From: Camelus dromedarius
Lineage: Eukaryota
DNA length: 64,000 nucleotides
Reading direction: 5' to 3'
NCBI RefSeq assembly: GCF_036321535.1
Contig: NC_087447.1
Coordinates: 42,348,001-42,412,000 of the forward strand
Shown piece by piece: positions 53,261 through 64,000 of this stretch. Position numbers and translations under genes: made by a program. Each line of letters starts with the position of its first letter. Position 1 is the first letter of the stretch. The notes beneath the pieces are model-generated. The model saw nothing but the letters and a program-made list of their open reading frames with translations. It was not told where the DNA came from and searched no databases.

Positions 53261-53981
53261 TAGATTCTACATATAAGTGATAACATAGATTATTTGTCTT
53301 TCTCTGTATGACTTATTTCACTAAGTGTAAAACCCTCTATGTCCGTCCACCTTGCTGTAAGATATTCCACCCACCTTGGTGCCAAATCTTGTGCCTCAAT
53401 CTCTGTGACCTCAGTCCTACTTACAGAAGCACACCTGAGCCCAGGCCCAGCAAAGTCAAGTTCTTTGGAGAGGTCTTTGTGCATCCTCATCTAGGCAGAG
53501 ATGGAGATAGTTCAGACTGGGCCTTGAGATGCTGTCCCTTAAAACTTAGTCTGGTATTGTAAAAGGTTAAAGAGCAAGGTGACAGATAAAGGGCAATGGG
53601 GCTGGAGAAGCAAGTAGGTAGGGATTTGTTCATGGAGTCTCTAGGGCCTGCAGGGGAGGAGGAGCCTCACATAATTTGCAGCAGGGAAGTGACATACTCA
53701 GATCTGTTTTAGAAAGATCACTCTGGTAACAGTGTGGGGAATGACTTGAAAAGGACAAGACTGGAGACAGAGACCTGAGATTATTATAATTCAGTTCAGA
53801 CATTACAATTTCTAAAAACAAAACAGCATAGGATTTAATCATTAGAAGATAAAAAAGACAAAATGCACTAGATGATTGAGAAATACTATACTTGGAGAGT
53901 TGCATAGGTAAAATATCTCTTTTTGAGAGGCTGCCTTTTTTGTTGTTGTTGGCATTGAACATTTTAAAGAAATATGTGTTT

Positions 53982-54038
53982 GGGGGGAGAGGGTGGGTAT
54001 AGCTCAGTGGTAGAGTTATCTCCATTAAAAAAAAAAGA
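53982..54038 (+). mobile_element. Internally deleted vic-1-type SINE (A box only)
   Basis: gggtatagctcagtggtagagt joined to ctccattaaaa; TSD aaagaaatatgtg. Confidence 0.8.
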
Positions 54039-54576
54039 AAAGAAATATGTGGGGTTTTTTTTTCTGATTACAAAAGCAACTCATACTCATTGAAAAAATT
54101 CAAACATTTCAGAAATATTTAATTTAGGAAATAAAATTTTTGCACAGTTCCAATCCCCAGAGGTAACAGCTGTTACTAGTAAAATATCTTTCTCACAGTT
54201 GGAAATCTTGCTCTTATGAAACAGAGGACTTGAAATGCTTCACAATCAGATCTCAAAAGGCAATGCAATGCTGAGATTCCCTGAAGAGTAAATGATGAAA
54301 GATTATTCAGAACAGAAAAGGTATACAGAAATAACTGGGTAGAAAAGTTTAAATGCTAAAGGAGCTGTCTGATTCCTAGACATATTTTCTGCTTTTGAGT
54401 TCATTTGCCTGAAGCTGTCCAGGGTGCTTGATTAAGGCTAGTGTTTACTTCAGTGGAATAAATGAGCTCTAGACGTTGACCTTCATTTTTGGTTAAGTGT
54501 TCATATGTTGCAGTTTTCTTTTTAAAGGGAAAAGTGTTGTCCTGAGGCTAAGAAGGGTTTTCCATTCTTGGCAGTC

Positions 54577-54701
54577 TTCTTTTTTTTTTCCCTCCCCTCC
54601 ACCTTTTTTTTTTTTTTTTTTTTTTAATGGAAGGGCTGGGGATTGAACCCAGGACCTTGTGAATGCTAAGCATACACTACCACTGAACTATACCCCCACC
54701 C
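54577..54701 (-). mobile_element. vic-1-type SINE
   Basis: Consensus body; TSD cttggcagtc. Confidence 0.88.
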
Positions 54702-56234
54702 TTGGCAGTCCTCTTGACATGGTAGGTAGATAACAACAGAAAATAATTCAGTATTTTTGTGCTCATTTGTACCTATCAGATTGGGATAACAGTATCTGTC
54801 TGCCTCCCCAGGGAGATGGTGAGATGACTGATTTCTTCTTGGTCACTTGCTTTTGAAATCAGAGAACAAAATCTAGACTTGAGTTCTTTTAAAGGAAAGA
54901 ATTGTCCTTTCTAGACAATTCTTGGAGAGTTTCTTTAGAAAAAAAAGCCTCTCTTGGAATCCATTCTGGTGCTTAATAACTGTTACCATCAGAAATTCTG
55001 AACTTTTTCAAATGAATATAACAGAAATCCAATTCAAACAACCTGAGGTGGAAAAGAGAAGGTATTGGTTCACTCTTCTAAAGCCTGACAAAAGTAGAGC
55101 TGGTTTCAGGGATACAAGTTCCATCAGGAACTATGATTGGATTGGAGAAATTCTGCTTCAGTATCTTCAGGTTGCTTTGAGTGGAGGTACATTCTCAGAA
55201 ATTGTGGAGTGGCTGTGTTTGGCCACATGCATGTCAAAACACTGAAAGCTAGTCTTCAAAGACAGGGGATACCAAAACAGCTGTGCAGAGAGAAACAGAG
55301 ATGTGAGAAAGTAAAAGGACTATTGGCATCACAGTTCTTGATGGGTTTTCCAGATTCTCTTTCCTTTCCCTTTGTATCATGGCTGCTTTGGGGCTTTGCC
55401 TTCTCCTTGCACCAGTTTGAAGTGAATTTCTCTCACTCTCCTCTAGTCTCCAGCCCAGTCTTGTAGTCTTCCTTTCCCTTTCTTCTCCCGTAGGCTCCTT
55501 TTCTCAGCACCGTCTTCCTGCCTCAGCCTTGCTCCCATTCTCACTTTCTTGTCTACATCTTGTCTTGTCCCGATATTCATCCTTCTTCTTTCAGCCTTGC
55601 TGAGCTCCTTTTCCCTGGGACATGTCATGCATTTTTACACCTCCATGATTTGTTTACAGTTTCCTTCTCTCTGGAATGCCACTTCCCCACCTTTGTCATA
55701 TCTAAATCCTACTTACCTTTCAAAATCCAACTCACATAATTCTTTCGTGAAGCCCCCTGACACATTCTGTCAGGACAAACCATTACTTCTTCAGGCTCCC
55801 ATAGAACCACCAGAGCAAGTGCTACAATCTGACTTGAGTTATTTCTAGTTATATATTTTCCTTTGTCTCCTGGTAGAGCTTGGTTTTTTTGAGGGAAGGA
55901 CCTTTCTTAACAGTGCACTGCACAATTCAGATGCTCAATAACATCTGTCAAGTTGAATCATGGAAGAAACTAACTGGAAAAACTGCAGAGATCTTTGATA
56001 AGAGGCAATGTTGCTTAAGAAAGACATTAATACTCTGGGGACTGATTTCCCACATTAATTCTTTGCTGCTAAAAAAACAGAGTGAGAGATGGTGCAAAAG
56101 TAGGTGATCTTTTTTTTTTTTTTTTTTTGATAGGGCAGATGACCTTAACTCTTCTTGATTTTAATTCTTAAACTCTTCTTGATAGGTTATTGAATTTGGC
56201 CTTTATCCTACAACCCAAGTGGGCCTTGCCTTTA

Positions 56235-56414
56235 TTTTTAGTAGAGGTACTGGGGATAGAACCCAGGACCTTGTGCATGCTAAGCAGGCACTCTACCACT
56301 GAGCTATACCCTCCTGTTAAAACAAAAATTTTCTTAATGGCGGTACTGGGGATTGAACCCAGGACCTTATGCATTCTAAGCACATGCTCTACCACTGAAC
56401 TATACCCTTCCCCT
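56235..56414 (-). mobile_element. Head-to-tail dimer of vic-1-type SINE
   Basis: Two tRNA-like units inside one 19-bp TSD pair. Confidence 0.88.
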
Positions 56415-56609
56415 CAAGTGGGTCTTGCCTTTAAAATGTCTACTTGGAATAGCCTTCTTGAAACTTGTATCCGGAAAAATTTTGTTCTTTCAGTAAGCAA
56501 AAGAGAGAACTCTAAACTGACACATTAAATGGTCTTGATATGTGATGGGGCCCACATATATATGAGTAACTGGCTTATGAAGAAATCTCAACCTATCAGG
56601 GCATAAGAA

Positions 56610-56830
56610 GCAGTGGAGCACCTTGGTCAGGAGCTTGGCTCTGGAGCAGGACTGCTGGGGTCTGAATTAGGCAAATTAACTTTTCTGTGCCTCAGTTCCC
56701 TCTTATGTCCACTGGAGATTGTAATGGACCTACCTCATAAGGTTATTACGCGGATTAGACAGGTTAATGTAGGTAAAGTTCTTGAATAGGCTGGGCACAT
56801 AGTGAAGTACTCAGTAATTATTAGGTGTTA
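56610..56830 (+). mobile_element. MIR SINE
   Basis: ctgtgcctcagttccctc...acctacctcataaggttatt core. Confidence 0.75.
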
Positions 56831-56884
56831 CTATTTTTGATTACCACTTTCAAGTATATTGTGGCAAATCCTCCTTGCCTGTAC

Positions 56885-56994
56885 TTTTCTTTTCTTTTCT
56901 TTTCTTTTTTTTTTAGTGGAGGTACTGGGGATTGAACCCAGGACCTTCTGCATTGCTAAGCATGTGCTCTACCACTGAGCCATTTCCCTCCCCC
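56885..56994 (-). mobile_element. vic-1-type SINE
   Basis: Consensus body; TSD ttgcctgta. Confidence 0.88.
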
Positions 56995-59740
56995 TTTGCC
57001 TGTATCTTACTGACATCCTGGGCAGATTCTATGACTTTACCAAAACTCTGTTCAGTCTTGTTTAAAATGTCTGTCTCATGACTGGTTCAAAACTCTCCAC
57101 CTCTCCCAGTACAAGCTAGACTTATAGCAGAGAAGAACCATGGAGTTTTTCAATCCTCTTCCCACTCTAGTGCCCTGCAGGGTAGGTGGAGATGGCTCAT
57201 GCCCTGGGGCCCTCTGTCCCCTTCTCTGTTCTCAGGAAGGGGTCAGAGAGAGAGGGATGAGGCAGTCAGAGCTCTCCTCATGTAGCTAGTTGCCTCTCAT
57301 TGGGGAGGCATCCCTGAAATCTACTACTCTGGTTCAGTTTTGTCCTGCTACTGCTGTGGCCTCTGATGAAGTGGTAGCCTCCACCTGAATGGGTGCACAG
57401 TCTCTTTCCGCACAGTGTTCAGTTTTACCTCAGATACCTCTTCAGCATTAGATGACCGAAGCATGACTGATGCTGGAGAGGAGACTGGAAACGATGCTTG
57501 ATTTTGTTGTTGTTGTTACTGTTCTGACAAGCAGGGACAGTTTACAATCAGAACAAACTCTTATTTCCCACAGTGCCTACTGAGTAACCTCCCGGGGAGG
57601 ATGTGTAATAGAGCTCAGAGTGGTTGAACCAGATCAGAGACCAGAAGGCCAGAAGCTGCTCAAAGGGCTTTAAAGAGAGCAAGAACCTCAAATATTTACT
57701 GAATATCTACTAAAGCTAAGCATTTAGTGTACATTATCTATTCTGCGTGATAAGGATAATTTAGCTCCTTTTACAGATGAGGATAGTGAAGGTAAGAGGA
57801 ATTAAATCAACTGCCATTATTTCTGAGGGCCTTGTTTCTTACCAATTTCTACAACCAAAAAAAATCTAGTTAATATTTCAGAGAGGCAATATTAACAAAG
57901 TCATATTTTGGACATTTAGGATATGATTCTGATTGCTAATGTTATTTTTTTTTCTGATGCAAATAGATGCCTTTACTTTGTATCAATTCACAAGTATAAG
58001 AGCCATAAAATGTCCATTTTTGCTATTCTTACAGGTTCTTCACTACAGAGAACTAAAGAAAAGAATGATCATGTTGTTGTTAAGTTCATTGGGCACTTTT
58101 CTGTCCTTTTAAAATGTGTCTTCTCTGTATGTGTGCAGTCTCTCTTCACCTTAACTGAGAGAACTTTTTCATTACTAATTTGCATATTCCATTGAATTCC
58201 CATGTATTTTAGGGTGACTCTCCCAAGAGCTATTAAGGAAAATATGTGTTATGTTTACTGTAGGATTTGCTAATGTCTTTTGATTTCCTTTGATCTCAGA
58301 GGCAAGTGGTAAAACTAGTACTGTGTATGTGATACACTCATATTAGGCACAGAAACTGGCACCAAGGGCACAATTAGAAGCTGACAACGAACATGATAAT
58401 CCCAATACATTTTTTTTTTTTGGCAAGATGATAATTGAGTGGAAATTTTAAATTCTCTTTTTAAATCCTTAAACAAATCATTCCTCCTAAGCTTTTACAC
58501 TTAATTACTACCATCTATTGGCCACCACCTATTAAATTATAAATGAGTATGTACAAAGCCTACTGTGTACTGGGAACTATTCAAGGTGCTGTAGTACTGT
58601 GGTAACCACGGCAGACAAGGTCTTACCTAGGGAGACAGACAATAATCAAATAAATACAATTTCAGATGCTATAGTGTGAGGAATATAAGACTAAATGTCA
58701 TGAGATAGAGTCATGGGAGGAAGGCAATATAAAACAGGATAGTCAGAGAGGGCTGACATTTGACTGAAACCCAACTGATAAGGAGGTAGCCACTCAAAGA
58801 TTTGGAAAAGAGCTTCTCAAACTAAGGAACCAGCTGGAGGCCTGATGAAATGTGTGGCAACTTTCAACATTTTGGATGCTGAGAATGCAGGCCCTCTCCA
58901 TTCCTCCCACCCTCACCAATGAGAAACCAGCAGTAAGAACAGTGCCAGATTGGAATATTTTACTTAACTTCCGGAAGGTGAAGGACCTGATATGGAAATA
59001 AGCAGAAGTCAAAAAGAAGACGAAGGTAAATTGGAACCTAAAAGTGTACCTACTATGATTTTCTATCATAAAGGTGAATTCTAGGAAATTTGATTTAATT
59101 TCATTGATTCAATAATGAAATTGACTAGCAAGGAATCTACCCTAAGTCACTCTTCTAAGCTTAGTGCATCGCTCTATTTATAACTAAATGTTTCCTGAAG
59201 TAAAATAGGAAACAACCACTTTGCTCCCTGTATTTATACTTCTCAACAGAGATCCCAGAGTAGATTTTCTTACATTTGTGGTAAACTACTTTTAACTATG
59301 CATCAAGGCAATAAAAATAGTTTTCATGTGATTATGTCTTTGGAAACCTGGCACAAAATGTGATTTCACTTAGAGAGTGTGGTGTGACAGCTGTAAATCG
59401 CCACATTTCAGCTTAATGCTTCAATATTGTATTTTCAGTGTGACTGAGTCGCAGGCTTTTCCTGGCTTTGACTGCCTTTTCCATAGAGAAGCTGGCACTC
59501 AGACAAATCCCCTGAGACACTGTCACAAAGAGATGCTGACAGATGTCTGTCTCTCAAAGGTCCTAACTGAGCAACATTCCATCCAGACGTGCTGGGCATG
59601 AGCATGGGTGTCTGTCTCTTGGCCTATGGAAGGGTCTTCTCACTCTGTCCTGCCAGCAGCCAAAAGGCATGGAGACTCTTTGGGATGGGAGTTCTGCTCT
59701 GGGGCCAGCATGCTCTGGTAGAAAGGCATTGGGCCAGTTT

Positions 59741-59902
59741 GTTTGTTTATTTAATTTTTCTTTTTTCTTTTTTTTTTTTGCGGGGGGGTGGTGGTAATTA
59801 AGTCTACTTATTTATTTATTTTTTATAGGAGGCACAAGGGATTGAACCCAGGACCTCGTGCATGCTAAGCATGCGTTCTACCACTTGAGCTATACCCTCC
59901 CC
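59741..59902 (-). mobile_element. vic-1-type SINE
   Basis: Consensus body plus tail; TSD ggccagttt. Confidence 0.88.
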
Positions 59903-60062
59903 TGGCCAGTTTAAAAGGGCAAGGAGTCTTATTCAAGGAAGCCAGAAGTAGTGCAGCAGGCTGGAGAATCAAATCTTTCTTCTCATTATATGGTTCGGTT
60001 ATTGAGTAAGTACTTAATAAATGATTGACCCTGTTCAGGCACTCTTCTCTATACATGTGATG

Positions 60063-60160
60063 TTTTTGTTTTTCTTTTTTGATGGAGGTGCTGGGGGTTG
60101 AACCTAGGACCTCATGCATGCTAGGCATGCTGGCTACCACTGAGCTATACCCATCCCCCC
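60063..60160 (-). mobile_element. vic-1-type SINE
   Basis: Consensus body; TSD-like acatgtgatgt/acatgtgtgatgt. Confidence 0.87.
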
Positions 60161-60788
60161 TCAACATGTGTGATGTATAGATGAAAGCTTAACTCAAGGA
60201 ACTCATCCCAACTTGTTTGGGGAAATAGCCTATAGCCGCCAACCCATTTTTTAGCCACTCCACCCCAACTCCAAGACTGCTTATGACTCATTCAATGAAT
60301 TTTTAACTAGTTATATCAAGTTCTTCTATGCCAGGCACTGTGGTCTGCTTAAGATATACAGAAATAAAAGGACAGATTGTTCTTAATACTGTACACACAA
60401 AAATGTTACAGTGGTTATCTTGGGGGAGTAGAATTAGCTGGAGATATGGACAAAGACTCTTAATTTTTAGTTTTTGAACTTTACTATTTGAACTTTTTGT
60501 AACAATTTTTTGGCACTGATTTTTTTTTTTTTTTTTTTTTTTGGTAACGCAGTTAAAATATTCTAAGCAACTGTTTGTGCCAGGCACTCTTCTGAGCTTT
60601 GGGAAGACAGCACTGAATAAAGCAGAAAAAGTCCCCTGTCCTCATGGAGCTTGCATTCCAGTTGGGGAGGCAATACAAGACAAAAAATCTATAGAAATAT
60701 CCTATATAATATAACGATAATCAATGGCATGTCCTATGGAAAAAATAATTTTTTAAAATAAAAATTTTCACTTCAAAAAGTTATTCTA

Positions 60789-60897
60789 GGGGGAGGATAT
60801 AGTTCAGTGGTAGAGTGCGTGCTTAGCATGCAAGAGGTCCTGGGTTCAGTCCCCAGTACCTTCGCTAAAATAAATAAACCTAATCACCCCTCCCCCA
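60789..60897 (+). mobile_element. vic-1-type SINE
   Basis: Consensus body; TSD aaagttattcta. Confidence 0.9.
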
Positions 60898-61889
60898 AAG
60901 TTATTCTATTCTGATTTATTCAGATAATCTTGACTCCTTAGAGATCAGGATTCTTTACTGGCTTGGGCAAATATGAGCACTGAGAGAAACAGGCCAGAGA
61001 GCCAAGCCTCAAATCCTTAAGCCATCTGGACTCTTATCCAGAACTCTCCCCACCCAGCACAAATGAAAAGGCAGTCTGAGCTGCCTGCATTCTTTTGGCA
61101 CAAGAGCAATGTCAATCCAGAGAGCTTGACCTGGCTGGTTGCTCTTGGCCAGAGCCCAGGCCTTTCCCCACCCAGTTTGGGGACAGAACTCACTGCTGTG
61201 CCAATATCTGAAGGTGCTGACCCAGCCTACCCCACATCCATAGCCTGCTTCTTCTTTCCGGCTTCACCAGCTGGGTTTTAGGGACCTGATCCTACAGGCT
61301 TCTGGCTTGCCTCGTCTGACTGCTGCCTAAACACTGGGACTTAAAAATTAGTTCTAAATGTCTGAGACCAGCCACCACATTCCAACCTATTTTTAGGATA
61401 ACATCCTCCTTCTTTGGCTCCCTGAGAAACTATTCTTTTTCTATTTCTAAACAGTTTCCATTCCCAGTTCAGACTGAGGTCTCCTCACCTGGGAATGCAA
61501 AGCTTAGGGGTTCTAGTTCCTGCTTACAGCCAAGAAGATGTTGTTTTCACTGAATTCCTCTAGTCAAAGAAGAGGTAAGATTTGATATGATATTAATGAA
61601 ACACAACAAAAATTGTATGTACATTAACATTACAAACATTAAAAAAAATCTTTTTCATTTTCATTCCAATCATGGAGGTAAAACAAGCTTACTGCAAAAA
61701 CTTTAGAAAATACAGTACAAGTAATTTATACCTTAATAAATTATTTTCATTTTGATCTATTCTCATCCTCACATGTTAGCTGTTGTTATGAGTTAAATAT
61801 TTATGCACCTGGACAAAATTCAAAAAGTAAAATCGCACTGTTCCCTTGCTACCCAGTTCCTCTTCCTGAAGCGAACTGTTCATAGTATT

Positions 61890-62170
61890 CTCTTATAATC
61901 CTTTTTATTTCTGTAAAATCTGTAGAAATGTCCTACTTTCTTTTCTGACTTTAATTTTATTTTTCTTGCTTTGTATCTTAGTCAATCTAGCTAAATATTT
62001 GTCAATATTGTTGATTTTTTTGAAGAACAAGCTTTTGGTTTTATTGATTTTTCTCTGTTGTTTTTCTATTCCGTATTGCACTTGTCTTCATTCTGTTCTA
62101 TATTATTTCCTGTCTACTGCTAGCTACTGGTTTAGTTTGCTCCTTTTCCTAGTTCCTTAAGGTGTAAAAT
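61890..62170 (-). mobile_element. L1 ORF2 fragment
   Basis: tttgtcaatattgttgatttttttgaagaacaagcttttggttttattgat motif. Confidence 0.72.
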
Positions 62171-63407
62171 TACTTTATTGATTTACTTTGCCACTCTCTC
62201 TACTATATATATAGACATTATTAATATTCACTATTTTATCTTACAGTACAATTGATTTTTTACAGTACTGTTCTATGAATTTTAGCAAATATACAGATTC
62301 ACAAAACCAACATCATAATCAGGGTACAGAACTACTTGTTCTGTTAATTACTTAGAGATGAGTGGGGAAATCTCCAACTATAATTATGACTTGTGTATTT
62401 ATTTCTTTCAGAAATGTTGCCAGCAATGCAAAGAATTTTTTTCTTGAATCATTTGAGTGGGAGTTGTTGATATAATATGTAAAGTTACTCTTTTTCCTTT
62501 CATAATTAATATTTTTAAGATAGATACTTTGAAACTACATAAATATTCTATTTTCATCAAACTTTTAATTTAGTCATTGACTTTTTTATTAATATAAATT
62601 CATGATTTCATATTTTATGCAATGGGGTATAGTCTCTTAATATCAGTATTTATTTTCCAGCTCAAATTATACCCAAATTGGCCATTGAAGCCTCTTCAAG
62701 CTGGCTCTTGTCCTTTTGGTATGCCCCTGTCATTTTTTGAGCTCTTCCTTGTTTCTTGCACAAGATGTTCCAGATTCATCTTGTATTTTTCCATGCTCCA
62801 ACCCTGTAATCAGCCATATCTCTAAGAAATGGAGAATATTACTTAGAAACAGGATCTTGGCACTAAGTATGTTCATTGTCCATGAGGCGTCACTGCCCCA
62901 GGCCCTTTGGGTCGACACACTCGTTTACATTTGTACTCATTCCTACTTCTGTCTGTCCATCTGTCTGACTATCTATCTGTTTTCATCTATATGTCTATTG
63001 AAAACCATGATGTCAGACTAATACTTCCAATTTCAATACCTCCAACATTACAAGTTTCATTCTACTTTTCTCCCTTTCCATGTTTCTAATGATGATAGTA
63101 AGAAAACTCAGGCTTTTATTATCCCTAACATTTTTACTTATTTTTTAAGTCAATCTACTAGTTTGTAACCAATCCCTTTTTGCTACACTCTTCTCTCTCC
63201 TGTGCAGATGCCCACCTTATCCCACTTGAACTCCAGTACCTCACACCAGGTTGCCCTATGTGGATGCACTTTTCACCCAGTTTTGACTCTTGACTCCTGG
63301 TACTAGGGTAGTGTCATCACTGCCCCCTGTGGATACTCCTTTCTCTTCCTTTGGCTTTGACAATCTGCTTTGAGCCGCCCCTTCCTGGGGATACCCTTGT
63401 CCCCTGA

Positions 63408-63960
63408 TGTGCAGAAATGAGTTAATATACCAGCCTTGAGCCTGTCATCCCTAGGAGGGTGTGTATGCAAGGTTGGCCCTAGGCTGGCATCTGGTACGTT
63501 GGATTTCAGGAAGGTTCATACCATTCCATTCTGATAACAGTGGTTCACTGTGCCTAGACTGTTCGTATGAATAATGTGGTTTATGCTGAACAAGTGCTTT
63601 CCTTGTGTGAATCTGGAATTTTGGTACATGCTAGGTATGGAATGCCTTTGTGACCAACTTGCAATAAAAACCTTGAGTGCTGAGTCTCTAATGAGCTTCC
63701 TGGTAGACAACATTTCACGCATGTTGTCACAATTTGTTGCTGGAGGAACTAAGCATGTTCTGTGTGATTCCACTGGTAGAGAACTCTTAGAAGCTTGTGC
63801 TGTGCTTGGTTTCTTTGAAATTTGCCCCATACACCTTTCCTTTTGCTGATTTTGGTTTGCATCGTTTTGCTGTAATAAATCATAGCCTTGAGTATGACTA
63901 TGTGCAGAGTTCTGCAAGTTAATCATTGAACCTGGGAGTGGTTTTGGGGACCTCTGACGC
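63408..63960 (+). mobile_element. MER21-like LTR
   Basis: caataaaaaccttgagtgctgagtctctaatgagcttcctggtagacaacatttcac motif. Confidence 0.75.
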
Positions 63961-64000
63961 ACCTGGCTTGGGCTCTGAAACCCCACTGAACTGCCTCTCT

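Larger units (their letters stand above)
52772..53365 (-). mobile_element. L1 3' end hosting a SINE and a (GT)n repeat
   Basis: actgaagtatagttcatttacaatatt...gacttatttcactaag. Confidence 0.82.

Noticed and set aside
56144..56183. Short direct repeat aactcttcttgat
   Set aside because: Small local duplication with no further structure

Overview
Mammalian genomic DNA, almost certainly camelid (Camelus/Vicugna/Lama), judged from about 16 units of the tRNA-derived vic-1-type SINE. The left third holds the 5' end of importin-7 (IPO7) on the minus strand: a CpG-island promoter at about 19.7-20.65 kb and coding exons 1-5 (codons 1-212). The gene continues off the left edge. The remaining ~43 kb is upstream intergenic DNA dense in L1, L2/MIR, LTR/ERVL and SINE relics, with a second, gene-less CpG island at about 40.5-41.1 kb. 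I see no new multi-gene system. The most notable items are a GC-AG intron 2; an 18-codon uORF plus a TCT/5'TOP-like pyrimidine run in the IPO7 leader; an E-box/ZNF143-type/ETS promoter cluster; the orphan CpG island with repeated AP-1/ARE motifs; and several atypical retrotransposition products. Exon boundaries were read base by base. Repeat family names and boundaries are by-eye estimates from memory, not database results.
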